DNA of 64,000 bases from Callorhinchus milii (GCF_018977255.1 NW_024704743.1:67892001-67956000), one strand, 5' to 3'; positions 1 through 13,190 are shown, counted from the stretch's first letter. A program made the numbers and translations. The notes: generated from the letters alone by a model not told the origin.

Positions 1-62
1 GTTCTGGAAGGATGAGATCAAATGCTCCAAAGGGCCTTATTTATCAAAATCTCTCTTGTGAA
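1..62 (+). mobile_element. CR1-type LINE 3' terminal fragment
   Basis: GTTCTGGAAGGATGAGATCAAATG...AAAGGGCCT matches the 3' end of the CR1 copies at 9265-9330 (+) and 10340/37890 (-). Confidence 0.7.
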
Positions 63-144
63 CATGAAGATCTGAATGATTTTAAGATATGTTTAAAATA
101 TGCACCATAGTCCGAAATTAGTCAGAATTCAGAGGTAACTCTCA

Positions 145-548
145 TGTAACAGCCTGACTCAGTTACCAGAGGTTGTGGGTTCAAGCCTCACATTCGGATA
201 TTCAGTGTAGACTGAAACTCCATTGCACTGTCGGGAGATGCACTGTATTGTTGGAAGTGCTGTTCTTCAGATGAAATGTTAAACTGAGGTCCTATGTATC
301 TGTTCAGGTGGATGTTAAAGATCTCAAGCCACTATTCGAAAAGTGAAGGGAATTTCTCCTAATGTCCTGTCCAACAATCCCCCAAGTAACATTGGTCTTT
401 CACTGCATGGCTACTTGTGGGATAGCGTCGTATGCAAATTAGCTGCCGTGTTTGCCCACAAAATACAAAGTCACAACACTTCACTCGTTAAATTCTGTTA
501 AGTGTTTTGAGATGTCTGCCCGCTAGGTGCAAAGATTGTTATTATTAT
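145..548 (+). mobile_element. Old DeuSINE/SacSINE1-like tRNA-derived SINE
   Basis: Head CAGCCTGACTCAGTT...GGGTTCAAGCC, Deu-like centre CTTCAGATGAAATGTTAAACTGAGGTCC...GGATGTTAAAGATC, tail ending GCAAAGATTGTTATTATT; many similar copies in the window. Confidence 0.85.
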
Positions 549-1544
549 ATGATTATGTTGTTGCACTTTAGATCACTCCGTAGAGATAGATTCCAAGCAG
601 TTTTCAGTGATGAGTCAATCAAACCAAAAACACTGCCACATTACACTTGAATGGATGTTACTTTTCTTAGTCTATTTGAACTTTCCAAAACAACTACTTT
701 CTGCAGGAGGTGGATATTTTCTGATCTTCCTGATCTTCTCTGGTTCCTTATTATTATGAGTATTATTATTCTAATTATTATGATTATTCAGATTATAAAT
801 GAGCAATTCTAAGTTGATTTTTGTGTTTACGATGTCCTCACTTCTGCAACATGGCATTTCTGACTCCCATAATTCACACCTTCTTAAGTTACAACCACAC
901 TTCATAAAAGAAGGCTTCTGAATTAAAAATAATTTGCATAATTTTTTAAGTTTAAGACCAAAGACCTTTGAAACTAAGACGAGACGGAAACTCAGGCCTG
1001 ATATTGTATAGTGGAGGTCAACGTTCGGACACTTTGCTGATGGTCCTGTGTTTAATGAATAAGATGCCTGGCTCTGCTCAATGGGACACCTGCTTCTTCT
1101 CCTCCATATCCTCCATTGCCAAGTTTAGTAGAAAATCTGGGCTTAGTTTTCCATTTATATTGAGTCAGGTAAATTAGACATGAAAGTGTATCATTTTGTA
1201 TTGACTCTTTCATCTCGCTCTCCAGTTAGAAAAAATAAAGATTCAATTGCAGGAATCCAAATCTATTCCTCACAATTCGAATTGCCCCACCATGAAATAT
1301 GTAACTGCTTCCACCGTGAAATTGATTGCTATTCTTATTGTTTTATCAGCCTGTTTTTGTAATATGGATTCAGAATGTTGCTTTCATAGTGAATACAAAT
1401 CTGAGCCTTTGTACGTGATATAATAACTTAAAATTACAAGCAAAGTGATAAATTCTCCCCAATAATCACACAGAAATGGAGTTTAGAAATTGGCATTTCT
1501 TGATCTATGTGACTGTTTGATTAACAGGCAGGCAATGTGTTACC

Positions 1545-1800
1545 ACTATTCAGTAGTTGGTTAATCTCCCCCAATGGACTCTGAATTTCCCACGTCTTGG
1601 TTCTTGGCGACTTGCACCTAATATTCTCTGGAATTTAGAAAGTTGGGTGTGTCATTCTAGGCAGAGTGCTCATTTCTTTCCAGAAACAGCGAAATTTTCA
1701 TGCGTATATTGCACGCATGTGTGGAACTCTCAGTCTGGTTTGGACTCTCTTAAGCATGGTGATGGGTTTCCACAAGCTGAAATTCCCATCCCTGTTCCCT
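1545..1800 (+). repeat. Unclassified interspersed repeat family X, 3' portion
   Basis: TGTGGAACTCTCAGTCTGGTTTGGACTCTCTTAAGCATGGTGATGGGTTTCC recurs at 43690-43740 (+) and reverse-complemented near 18410, 42640 and 47510. Confidence 0.75.
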
Positions 1801-2261
1801 ATAAGTATTCTTATCAGTAGCCTGAACCCAGATCCTAAATTGTGTGAGGCTAAGAGCACAAAACTGTTGTTTGGCAACAATTGATTTTAATTGCTCAATC
1901 ATGCAATACCTCTGGAGGCCAGGCAAAGTATTGCATTGATGAAATCAGGGTACATTCTGCATGTCGGAGCGACAAAAAGTTTTGGTGCAGTGCAGTAGAA
2001 AGAGGTTTACTTTGCATGTTATCTGGAAATGCTTGATGCAGACACCAAGAGCAACATTACAAGCAATATTATACTGTCCCTCAGGATTGAAATCGCTCAG
2101 CTAGATCAGAAAAAAAATCACCATAAAAAAGGAAAAATACTTTGATATTCTACATCAGAGTTTTAAATTGTGTACAGAAATCTTTCACACAGCAGGGGGC
2201 CATTCAATCTATTGTGGACTTTAAAACTGCCAAATAGGAATATTAAACAACAGAACAATAT

Positions 2262-2560
2262 GGCAGCTTGCCTCAGTTGGGAGCACTCTTGCCTATGAGT
2301 CAGAAGTTTGTGGGTTCAAGCCCCGTGCCAAGTCTAAGCTAACACATCCAACAATGCAGCGCTGAGGCTGTGCTGCATTCATGGAGGTCCTTAAGATGAG
2401 ATGTTAAACTGACGTCCCACCTGCCTGCTCAGATAGGTATTGTAAGAGAATGGAGTTTCTCCTGGTGTCCTGGCTAAAAATCCCCTAAATAAAATTGGTC
2501 ATTCACTTTATGGCTGTTTGTGGGCTGTTGGTGTGTACAGACTAACTGCCACATTTACGT
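2262..2560 (+). mobile_element. Old DeuSINE-like SINE, 3'-truncated
   Basis: GGCAGCTTGCCTCAGTTGGGAGCACTCTTGCCTATGAGTCAGAAG head and GATGAGATGTTAAACTGA centre. Confidence 0.85.
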
Positions 2561-2701
2561 ACTGGATGTTCACAAAGTCCTGTTATGCCGCCTGTGTTTT
2601 TTTCCTTACAATGATTTGTTATTTTCTGTTGCAGATGAGTCGAGTATAACAATGTCTGATACTAGTAACTTTCTCATTGTGCCAACCATGTTATTGAAGA
2701 T

Positions 2702-2928
2702 AAAAACAAAAACAGAAGTTGTTGGGAACGCTCAGCACATCAGGCAGCATTTATGGAGAAAGGAAAGTGAGTCAATGTTTCGGGTCCACGACCCTTTGTC
2801 AGAACTTCGTCGTGGACCCGAAAAGTTGACTCACTTTCCTTTCTCCATAGATGCTGTCTGACCTGCTGAGTGTTCCCAGGGACTTCTGTTTTTGTTTCAG
2901 ATTTCCAGCATCTGCAGTATTTTGCGTT
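2702..2928. mobile_element. Penelope-like element terminal-repeat fold-back with 14-bp target-site duplication
   Basis: Imperfect inverted arms 2704-2792 / 2809-2897; flanking direct repeat ATGTTATTGAAGAT at 2688-2701 and 2929-2942; minus strand carries CTGACAA-AGGGTC-GTG-GACCC-GAAAC, a degenerate hammerhead core. Confidence 0.8.
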
Positions 2929-4309
2929 ATGTTATTGAAGATGTTGTACCGAACATGGCGACAAATCATTATCTGCCGTGAAAACGATGACACTCATACT
3001 GATCATCTGGAAGTCTCAATACAGTTAAATACTTACACTGAATACAATTAAGTACTTCCTAAATACAATTATCATTATTCTGCCACATATTTCAGTTGTT
3101 GGTCAGTACACTGTAGAAAAAACATAGGGGTAACAGGATTTTATGACCCCCCACTGTACAAAATACACAGTCACTATAATTCACAATATATCCTGCGAGG
3201 CTGTTTGTGACATGCTCCTAAAGTGAAATGAGCTATAACAACAATATCAATTTATTACAAAAATACCTTTATGAAATGCACTTCTTAAAAAGCCACAACT
3301 AGAGGGTTTCCTCAGTTACTTGCCTTTCATACACACAACCGAATAATTTTTGAGCACCATATAACTGATGTGATGTTCTACATTTCCCAACATTTATTGA
3401 AATAAATCAGTTTTTTGCACACTGACATGTGATGCGCACAGAAAATCTTCGGATGAAAATTCTAAACCCAAACCAGGAACGGAGGTCTGGTCCAAGCTAG
3501 ACCATACTTTATTACCATGTTCTGAAACTTAGAGACCAATAAAGAGCAGAAGCAGATAAGGAATAAACTTCCAAGGTCTTAAAAACACATTTTGTGACTG
3601 ACGTACTGCTGAAGCCTTTGCTCACTTAAATTTGTAATTACGTATCTTGCTCATAGAGGTTCTGAGATCCTGTAATTGGTTTCTTGACATCCTCAACTCA
3701 TTTAAGACATTTTGCATGTACAGCATACAATGCTGTTTGTTAGAAGAGTGCATAATACCACTAGAAACTATATTCATTTCCATTTTAATTAAAGAAAACA
3801 TTCATAGCATTGCAGATAAAATTATTAGCTGCACACAGCTTTTACACTGTGGACTTTCTTTGAGTTATTACATTAAATCAATATTCTTTAAACATGTATT
3901 ATGTGCCCATGTCTGTCATCATTAGGTTATCTCTAATTCAATACACAAGGATTAGTTTACAGATGTCCTTGTTAGAAGTGACAAGGAACTGCTAAAAGAA
4001 AACTTTGTTTTGAAATTGAAGATCATTTTCAGTTAGTGCAGAGCAAGGAACAAAATTGATTACAATGGTGAGCATCTATTGTTTACTTTGCAGAAACCGC
4101 AGAAGTAGTAAAGAAACAAATGTCATTGTCTTCAATGCAGGCCATGAATCATAGCTCTTTGATCTAAAGACCAGTTTGTTACTTAATGAAATAAAGAATG
4201 GTTTCTTAGTAATTCCCATTCGTACTGTATCCGAAAGAGCTGGTTTCTTATTTTGTAAATATGACAGGTTCCTGCACCAATTAATACCATTTTCTATATT
4301 TAATAATAA

Positions 4310-4527
4310 TAATCTTAATAATAATAATAATCCTGTAGTAATTTTTACATTTGTTATAGTGCCTTTCATGTCGGTAGGAAATTTCAAAATGCTTCATAAT
4401 GCGACACTCACCCAACACTGCATTGAAGTGTCAGCCTAAATGATATGATCTCCAAGTCCCCACTGTGGGGCTTGAACCCACAACCTTCTGACTCAAAGAC
4501 GAGACAGCTACCAGCTGAGCCAGGTTG
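4310..4527 (-). mobile_element. DeuSINE-like SINE, internally deleted
   Basis: Reverse-complement head (GGGCTTGAACCCACAACCTTCTGACTC...CTGAGCCAGGTTGA) joined to an (AAT)n tail. Confidence 0.75.
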
Positions 4528-6121
4528 ATAAACAAATGCTAATTGATAAATTTATGGATCTTGGAAATAAATGTGCATCACTGAAGTTTGAAAATCAGGG
4601 ATTTGAACGAAAATCTGATGTACAAATTCCATTTTTTGTCCATTCTTTAATTTCCGTTTGTTTATGCGAATGACATTATTGGGTTTTATGAGGGTAATGA
4701 CTTTACACATCCCCTATGCTTAAAGGGCTATTTAAGTATTTTTGTGGAAGAAGAAGGGAATGTTGATTGCCCAAATCAATGGTAATTTTTCAAACAATAG
4801 TTATGTACATTTGTCCATAAGTTCATCAATCATTATTAAATATTATGTTCTCACATGTCAAAGTCCCTACATTTTTTTACCACGCGATCATCTCTCCATT
4901 TCCAAGAATTTACCCCCACCACTCAAAATGCCACACAAGGGACCAAAACAGGTTTTTCAAATCGTCTGCAGTTTGTTTGGAAGCTTTTGCGTGAACAGTA
5001 ATGATTTGCTGACCAGCACTCTGTGCCTGAGAGAGAGGATCATGCAGGAAGGAGAAAGGTTGAATACATCTTACACTAAAATAGGCTTTATCTGGACTCT
5101 ATAATCAAGGGCTGCTCTTGCTGAAGGGTAATTGACTTATTATAGATTTTCATTATGTTTATGCTAAATGTATTGTGTGCGTGTGATCTGTGTTTGAAAT
5201 TGAAATGATTACTATTGATATTAACAACTTTAGACTGTAAACCACTGGTCTGTAAGATAATACTTCCCATTTCAAAATGAATTACAAGATTGCAGTGCAA
5301 GACTATGCAAGTACAATAACAGATACTTCCAGGTAATAATTAAGGGTATTTGCATGTGGGTGACATTGTTAACCCAAGCTGCAAATTAGACGCCAAAGCA
5401 ATACATTTTCATTAGCAGCTCAAAACACATCAATTCAATCTTTACAAAACTTTGAGCGTAAATTCGCATTTATCTAGCTCCTTCACTTAGAACAATGTCT
5501 CAATGCACTTTAAATAATTTTGACATCAAGGACTGCAACCTTATAAAATGATATTACATTTAAATATAATAAATCATATTCCAGGAGCAACATCTTAATT
5601 GTTTCATAACAGCAGATCTCTATATTCAGATACAAATATGGTCATTTCAGTGGAGTCTTTACCCTGACTGTAAAATAAATGAAATCTACTAAGCTGCAGC
5701 TACGCACAGCATTTTGGAGAATCTTTGTCTATAAAATACACATTCACTACACTTTACAATAAATCCTGTGAAAGGCATTATAACAAATGCAAGGATTACT
5801 ATTATATTATTATTATATTATTTACATAATTATATTATTAATGTGGGTGTGGGATTCCTATTATAATTGTGCATCACCAAAGATGCTACACATAAGGGCA
5901 AGTGGAATTTCAGTCTTTAATGTGTCCTGCTTCTATGAAACTCTTGATTGTTCATTCCAAGAACAGAGAATGGTGAATGGTGCCAATTTTCTGATAATTT
6001 ACACATGTAAATCAGCACAATTTATATATAACTCAAAAACAAAGTGCACATCTCCAAAACACACTATTACTATAAATGAATGACATGATGGGTTGTATAC
6101 TCTCCTTCTGTACTGTGATAC

Positions 6122-6246
6122 CTGAATCCACAATCAGAAAGTGGTAAATTGGAATGTAAATGTATGTCACTCTACAAGAGCTGCAGACTTTGATGCCTAA
6201 ATTATTCAAGAAATATTTAAATTGTGATAGATTCATGTCTCTGCTC
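6122..6246 (-). CDS. Weak candidate internal exon (SRDMNLSQFKYFLNNLGIKVCSSCRVTYIYIPIYHFLIVDS)
   Basis: Acceptor gtttctttccacag, donor CAG|gtatca; the one open frame is phase-compatible with the end of 13455-13571. No homology recognised. Confidence 0.15.
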
Positions 6247-6799
6247 CTGTGGAAAGAAACTCAGAATGAGACTGGGAACCATCCTACCAAGTGGACAGGC
6301 TGAAGACCAGCAAAGTACTCTCCAAATCTCAAATCAATTTGCAGAGAAAAACACCTGTGGATTCAGCTTTCTGCAAGAGAAATAGAGTTTGGAAATAACT
6401 GGTGCAGCACAGCAGGTTGTTGTAGAAAATACTTGTATTACCCAAAGGTATAAAGAAACTTCTCCAGAGTTGCTGCTCAGGACTACAATAGCTGCAGACT
6501 GCCTGCCAGGTCTGACCTTGGAATTACTGGCGTCTTACACAAAACACGTTGTATGTTGCCTGTTCAATCTGCATTTAGCACAATTCCCCCATTGCATCAT
6601 ATATCTGAAAGTTATGCATTGGGGACCAAAGTTCATGAAAGAAATGTAACAGGGTGTTTTATGATGTATTTACTTCAACTTTGGGGAACAGGGGACAGGG
6701 TCTTGTCATGGCTGTGAACTTATTGTAAGAAATCTTTCTGCTTCTGCTAAAAACATGTCAAATTGATTGCATAAGGCAACATACTGATGTGTAGTCCAG

Positions 6800-6950
6800 T
6801 CATAGAAACATAGAAATAGGAGTAGGCCATTCAGCCCCTTGAGCCTGTTCTGCCATTATATAAGATTATGGCTAATCTGTACCTCAAGTCCAATTACCTG
6901 CCATTGCCCTGTATTCCTTAATACCATGACCTAATAAATATCTATTCTCG
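6800..6950 (-). mobile_element. Shark-type CR1 LINE 3' end
   Basis: CATAGAAACATAGAAATAGGAGTAGGCCATTCAGCCCCTTGAGCCTG, the reverse complement of a typical chondrichthyan CR1 terminus. Confidence 0.75.
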
Positions 6951-7689
6951 CAAACAGCGGGTATTTGCTTAAATTGCACCAATTTTCACAACACTTTAAA
7001 TGACGATAAAAAAGTGTAATATGATTTGGAGAATATTCTGAATGGGTTTTAACAATTTTTTAAAATTTTAGTTCATTGTAGCTCTGACATCCGATCTTTT
7101 ACATATCTTCCAAAGAAATAAATCACAGGGTAATACATTCATGTGATATAATACTGGGTTAGTGTAATTGTTAGTGACTAATGGTTAACTCGGGCTGCAA
7201 GGAAAGCGAGAGAAGTAATTTTTGAGAAGAAAAGTGGGAAATATTGATTTTCAAGGCCACAAATAAGTTTATTGTAAAGTCATCCCTGTCAATCTGGTCT
7301 CACTGGGAGAATCTGTTACACTCATACTCTCCACCCTGATTGACAGTAGCACTATCTTCTCTCGAAGGAATTAAGGTAACTTTCAGTTTAATAACTAGAA
7401 ATACAGCTTTTGACTGACTGACAGTTCTATGGTTACTTCCTCCTTTTCCAATGAAAACAATCTTCACATCGAAATCCACAGCAGTCTTGTCGACTGATTT
7501 ATTTTCTAACTAATAGGACAGTTCTAACCCCACATGACTATTAGCAGACTTGCTGAGCTGAGATGTAAAGGAAAAAAGAGACAAAAACAGATTTTTTAGA
7601 GGGGAGATAGTTTGACATTGAATTGTAAATGAGCTCAACTTGATATGGATTAAAATAAGAACTTTTTTTAAAAAAGAAATGTGTCATGG

Positions 7690-7995
7690 TGATAATAAAC
7701 CTTGCATTTTGATTTAGAGCTTTTCACATCTTCTAGATGTCTCAAAGTGCTTACAGAATATACTGTAAAGTGAATTGACTGTATATTTGTGGCAAAACGC
7801 AGCAGCCAATTGCGCACAGCAGCGTCCCACAAACAGCCGTGGATTGAGTGACTAAATTATTATTGTCTTTTTTTCTTGGGATTATCATCAGGCCTGTGGA
7901 GTGAGGAGCTTGCCCAAGGTTTCACCCTGCCCGGAATCGAACCCAGGTCTCTTGCTTGTGAGGCAAGTGCTCTAACTAATGAGCTATTGGACTCC
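7690..7995 (-). mobile_element. Young tRNA-headed SINE with L2-like tail
   Basis: Minus strand GGAGTCCAATAGCTCATTAGTTAGAGC (A box), GGTTCGATTCC (B box), tail ...AAATGCAAGGTTTATT. Confidence 0.9.
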
Positions 7996-8289
7996 TGATG
8001 ATAATACTGCTGCTTGATAACCTGGTTTATGGGAATATGTCGCAAAACAGGGGAAAGTGGAGGAGAATGGAAGAGCGCTGAAAGTAGCCTTGGGATGTCT
8101 GTAGGTCAATGTATTTATTGATCTGTCGTGTACTTATCACTAGAAACCAACTACTTCAGATATAAATCAAATAAAGTAATGAAAATCATTTAACTGAGAT
8201 TTTACATGTCTATTATTTTTGAATACACTGGTAATTAATGATCTTGTCCTTCCCTGTGGAACTCCCTATGCAATCTCCTTTTGCACTAT

Positions 8290-9330
8290 TCTCCTGGCTA
8301 TAACCTCTGCTCTTGCTTAATACAAATGAATAAACGTTACTACATATATGTAGTAAGAAGAGAAAATACAAGGTCTCCATGATTGGGAGACAACTTGCCA
8401 AGGGTGAAGTTGAAAGAGATCCAGAAGTATTAGTTGGCTCATTGCTCACCACATTAAAACAGCACGAGCCAGCAGTAAACAAGGCAAACAGAATGCTGGA
8501 CTATATTGGTAAATCAGTTAAATTCAGATCATCACTTATAATAATAATAATAATAATCCTTGCATTTGATATAGCGCTTTTCACGTCAGGAGGACGTCCC
8601 AAAGCGCTTCACAGAATATACTGTAAAGTGAATTGACTGTATATTTGTGGGCGAACACGGCAGCCAATTGCGCACAGCAATGTCCCACAAACAGTCCTAG
8701 ATTGAAAATGACCAATTTATTATTGTTTTTGGTTTTGGAGGGATTATTATTAGGCGTGTGGAGTAAGGAAACTTGCCCAAGGTTTCGCCCTCTGCCTGGA
8801 ATTGAACTCGGGTCTCTCGCTTGCAAAGCGAGTGCTCTAACCACTGAGCTACAGGACTCCACTTGTCATACAGTTCATTAAAGTTGCATTGTAAATTTAA
8901 GGGATCTTCACACTCTAGAGTCAGTGCACAGGAGAGCAACAAGGATGATCTCCCAATGTTAGAGGTATGAGCTATGAACAACCATTATACAATCTATGGC
9001 TCTTTAGTCTTGAGAGAGAGGCCTCTCACAGGGGAACTTATAAAAATGTATAACATTTTAAATGGGACTGAAAAAGTAAATCCAGATCAATGCTTTGGTA
9101 CTCACCAGGACAATGGAACAAGACAACATTAAAGTTGCAAAGGGAATTTCAGGACAGAAAGAAGGAAGATTTTATTTCCCCGGAGAATAATTAACATTTG
9201 GAACAGATTGCCAGGCAAGTACAAAAAAACAGCTTGATGCTATGATGAGAAGAATGTAGATTGAGTGTTCTGGAAGGTTGAGCTCAGATGGACCAAAGGG
9301 CCTCCTTTATCCAGACCAATCTTGTGATCT
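8290..9330 (+). mobile_element. Degraded CR1 LINE 3' region, interrupted by a SINE at 8539-8860
   Basis: Translation ERDPEVLV...AVNKANRMLDYIGKSVKFRS resembles the CR1 ORF2 C-terminal region; ends in the CR1 tail shared with 1-62. Confidence 0.85.
8539..8860 (-). mobile_element. Young full-length tRNA(Ala)-like SINE
   Basis: GGAGTCCTGTAGCTCAGTGGTTAGAGCACTCGCTTTGCAAGCGAGAGACCCGAGTTCAATTCC head; tail GGGACGTCCTCCTGACGTGAAAAGCGCTATATCAAATGCAAGG(ATT)n; very similar to 57098-57400. Confidence 0.93.
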
Positions 9331-10339
9331 CCTGTTGCTGGTCTAGTGCTCACTTCCTCTATCAAGCCTTCAACCACAATGCTCCCACTCTCTGACGCTC
9401 TCCCCGAATCCCTTTGTTTGCACCTTATCTCCTTGCCTCCAAACCTCATTTGATAGAATCATAGAATCTTACAACACAGTAAAAGACCTTTCGACCCATC
9501 GTGCATGTCCTGACTCTTTGAAAGAGTTAGCAACGAGTCCCACTCCCGTGCTTTTAACCCATAGCCCTGCAATTTTTTCTTTTTTATGTACCTATCTAAA
9601 ACCTTCTGACCTCAAACTTTCCTCCCTGCACAATGGTTCGTATTGCCATTATGAAGAGCTTCAAGACATTCATCCTGTCTGAAAAGTGCTATGTAGGTGG
9701 AAGTTTTTCTTGTTGTCGTTCTTGCCTTTATACAGCACTTCATTTTTGACAAATAAAAATAAGCCTAGTTTTACTTTCTTTTCTTTGGAACATGATTAAA
9801 ATATTGTGTCACTGTATTTGAGAGTATTGAGAATCAAAATGCATGGAATCTGATTGTGGATGCTGCTTTATTTTAAATATGAATATTATATTTGGTGATC
9901 ATTAAAGCTTAAATCTTTCTACGCTCTGTACTTAGTATTAATCATTCTGCAAATAATGTATAATTTAAAATCTAAATTATCAATAGTCTATGTGCTGTTT
10001 AAGATATGAGCATTTTTACCCAATTAAATGCAAGCATTTTGCTTTTATTGTTAATAATTAATTGCCCTGGAAGTCATGCCAGTTTGCAAAGACAAATATT
10101 CTAAAAAGCAGCTTCATGTGTAGACAAACAGAAAATTAAATTATTTGGACTGTGGTGAGCACTTTGCTCGACTCATATTAAGATCCAGGCCAGAATATGA
10201 ATATTTTTAAAAACAGTAGCTACCTGACTTTCTAAGGGCCTGTTTGGTCTGTTGTTTCAACCGTACAAAATCTAAAAGTCTATCAGTTTAAAAATCAGAA
10301 CATGGGAGGGGAGAGAGGTTATGGGAGAGGAGAAGGCAG

Positions 10340-11400
10340 GGCACAAGATCGGTCTGGATGAAGAAGGCCCTTTGGCCCATCTGATCTCAATGCTCTCCGC
10401 GCCCCCCAACCCTCTGCCAAACCATCCCCATTACTACATCAAGCTGCTTTTTAAATTAATCTTGTACCCTGGCTTCTACCACCTTTGCTGTCAACCTGTT
10501 CCAGTTGTTGATTACCCTTTCTGTAAATAAAAACTTTCTGGCATATGTCCTGGAATTGTGCTTTACAACTCTAAACCTATGTTCTCTTGTTCTACTATCA
10601 TGTTACATCCTAAAGTGTTGATCTGGGTTTACTTTTTCAATCCTATTTAAGATTTTGTGCACCTCTGTAAGGTCCCTCTGAGTTGTCTTCTCTCAAGACT
10701 GCAGAGCCCTAGCTTGCCTAATTGTTACTCATAGCTCATTCCTCTAACACTGGGGATCATCCACGTCCCTCTTCTCTACACTGTCTCTAGTACCTGGACA
10801 GCCCCCTATGTTACAGAGGCTATATGCAGTATTTAAGGTGCATTTTGATGAGAGCACTGTACAGCCTGAGATTATGTCTGGGGAACTAAACTCATCTGTT
10901 GTAGCAAGATAGCTCAACATCCTGTTTGCCTTGTTTATTACTGCCTCGCATTATTTTAACATAAGGAGCGTTAGTAACATAAGTGTCAACTAACATCCCT
11001 AGATCTCTTTCAGCTTCCCCCTTGGCAAGTTCAACCCCATTCATTCATAGAGTTCTTGTGTTTCCTATTCTTAGATCCTATATGTAGTATCTTGTATTTA
11101 TGCAGTTTTAAATTTCATTTGCCATTTATTGGCCCATGTGTCCCCACCCTCTGGAACTCCAACCCTATCAAGCTAAGCTCTCTGTAGGACCTTTGCTGTG
11201 TTCTCTGATTCCACAATTCCTCCCAGTTAGTGTCATCTGCTAATTTAACTATCTTATACTGGATCTGTGAATACAGTTCACTGATATATACAAGGAACAG
11301 GAAGGGTCCCAGTAAGCAAAGCATACCGCTTTGTAGCTCTCCCCATTTTGACCTAGCTCCCTAATAAAGATCCTCTGTTTCCTTCCCTTCTGAATCCGCG
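10340..11400 (-). mobile_element. Degraded CR1 LINE (RT C-terminal part and 3' end)
   Basis: Minus-strand LLGPFLFLVYISEL...IVKLADDT (RT motifs LGP.LF..YI and FADD); CR1 tail at 10340-10395. Confidence 0.88.
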
Positions 11401-11859
11401 TTCATGTCTTGCCCTTGATGTCTTGCCCCAAGCACTCCAAGGTGCTACTCACAATATAAATACAAGTTATTGATGTTGTTATTGTTGATGCCCATGCTTT
11501 GTGGAGGAGTATTTCATGATGTACTTTGTCTCCAGTGGTTAATCAAGGTAGTAACTTGCATTTTCAGAATTAAACTGAGTATGAGCCATGAATGCTTGCT
11601 CACGTTCCCAGCTCACAATCCTTAAATGTCAGCATGAAATAAATACCAATGTTAATTTAGGCATTACATTAAGGAACTCATCAAGGAATGCCACACTGTT
11701 TACTCTTAATTTCCTAGGCCAATCAACAAGGTGTTTTGGAGATTTTGTTGTGCACTGTAATGAAATGTGCCTCAGTGGAATCTCACACAAAATGGTTCAT
11801 AAATGGCAGACTTGAAATAAATAAAGCATGTTCCTTGCTAATTCTAAACAATCTTCATG

Positions 11860-12184
11860 TTCCTTACCTATCTGCCTGCTCCCTGTGCTTGGCAGGCACT
11901 GGCCTGCAACATGTCCCCTGCCCTGGCAATCAGGCCTTCTGCCTTTCTGCCCGGACCCTCTGGAACTCCAACCCAGAACCCTTTCGCCTCCCCCCTCTCT
12001 TGCCTCCTTCAAGGCCCTCTTTGACCATACATTTGGTCATCATCCCATGGCCAGGCCCAACCCCTTTGGCCTTCACCCCTCCAGATTCTAATCCCAGCTC
12101 AGGTGAAAACCATTCACCATCCAACACCTTGGGACATCTTCCCAACGTGAAAGGTGCTCTATGCATGGAAATTGTTGTTGTTGT
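11860..12184 (+). mobile_element. L2 LINE 3' fragment
   Basis: QAFCLSARTLWNS motif; tail GGGACATCTTCCCAACGTGAAAGGTGCT...(TTG)n. Confidence 0.88.
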
Positions 12185-12774
12185 GAAGTTTCTTTTTAAG
12201 AAAAAATAATTGGTAGCAGAAGGATTTTGTTAGGATTTTAATTGCTTTTCCTTACTCTTGTGGAGATATGACACAGGTCAGCATGTCAACACAAAGCCTA
12301 CATGTGCCTCAGGCTCAGTCAGTGAGTGGCTTCATTGAAGCAACTGGGATTGGCAGCTTTTTGTTCCAGGATGGTATCTAGAACCATCAGTCATTTGGAA
12401 ATTGAGCACTAGTTGAGCGTAGTTGTGTGCTCAACCCACACTCTATTTCCAAATGACTGACATGCTTGCACTGGAGTCCAGGAATGAATAAGAATACTGA
12501 TTCTCATAGACTCTGCAATCATATATTTGGCACAATAGGACAGGAAAGTTGTTCAAATCGATTAAACCACATTGGATGTGCTTAAAAGAAACTTTTATGT
12601 GCAAAATGGAAATTGAATATTTTTGATAATGGTAATGTAATTTAAAATCAGCAAACAAGGGTAAATATTTTACTACGTGTTTTTTTCAGTAATTTGTGTC
12701 CCCCAATATTCTTCCTTCAGCTTACACCCTTCATAAAGGTTTTCGGCTTGTTTCCTTCCGTGTAAATAAATAAA

Positions 12775-13190
12775 TAATAAATAATCCTTGCATTTGCTAT
12801 AGCTCATGATCACATTGTCGCAATGTCTCAAAGTGCTTCACAAGGTTTTATTATGCAATGGAGTGACTGTGTATTGTAGATGAATGCAGCAGCCAATTGC
12901 CGAGAGCAATGTCCCACAATCAGCCATGAAGCGAGTTTATTCAGGAGATTGTTGGGTAGGACAACAGGCAAAACTCCCTTCTCTTTCCAAATAGCACCAT
13001 GAGATCTTTAACATCCACCTGAACTGAATAGGCTGACGGTACTTCAGTTTAACATCACATTTGAACGATCGCACGTCCAAAAATGTACACCCCACCCCCC
13101 CAGCACTGCATTGTAGTGTCAGCATCGACTGTGAGTTCAAAGTCTTGACATGGGTCTTGAATCCACAGAGGCCAGATTGTGACCAACTGA
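12775..13190 (-). mobile_element. Old DeuSINE-like SINE
   Basis: Reverse complement of the consensus seen at 145-548, with (AAT)n tail at 12775. Confidence 0.85.

Noticed and set aside
2635..3051. ORF restored if the Penelope-like insert is removed (DESSITMSDTSNFLIVPTMLLKMLYRTWRQ...)
   Set aside because: Short, no recognisable homology, no supporting partner exon; compatible with chance.
8790..8860. tRNA-Ala(TGC)-like sequence (also 57330-57400, 27539-27610)
   Set aside because: It runs directly into a SINE body and tail and lacks a proper acceptor stem; these are SINE heads, not tRNA genes.
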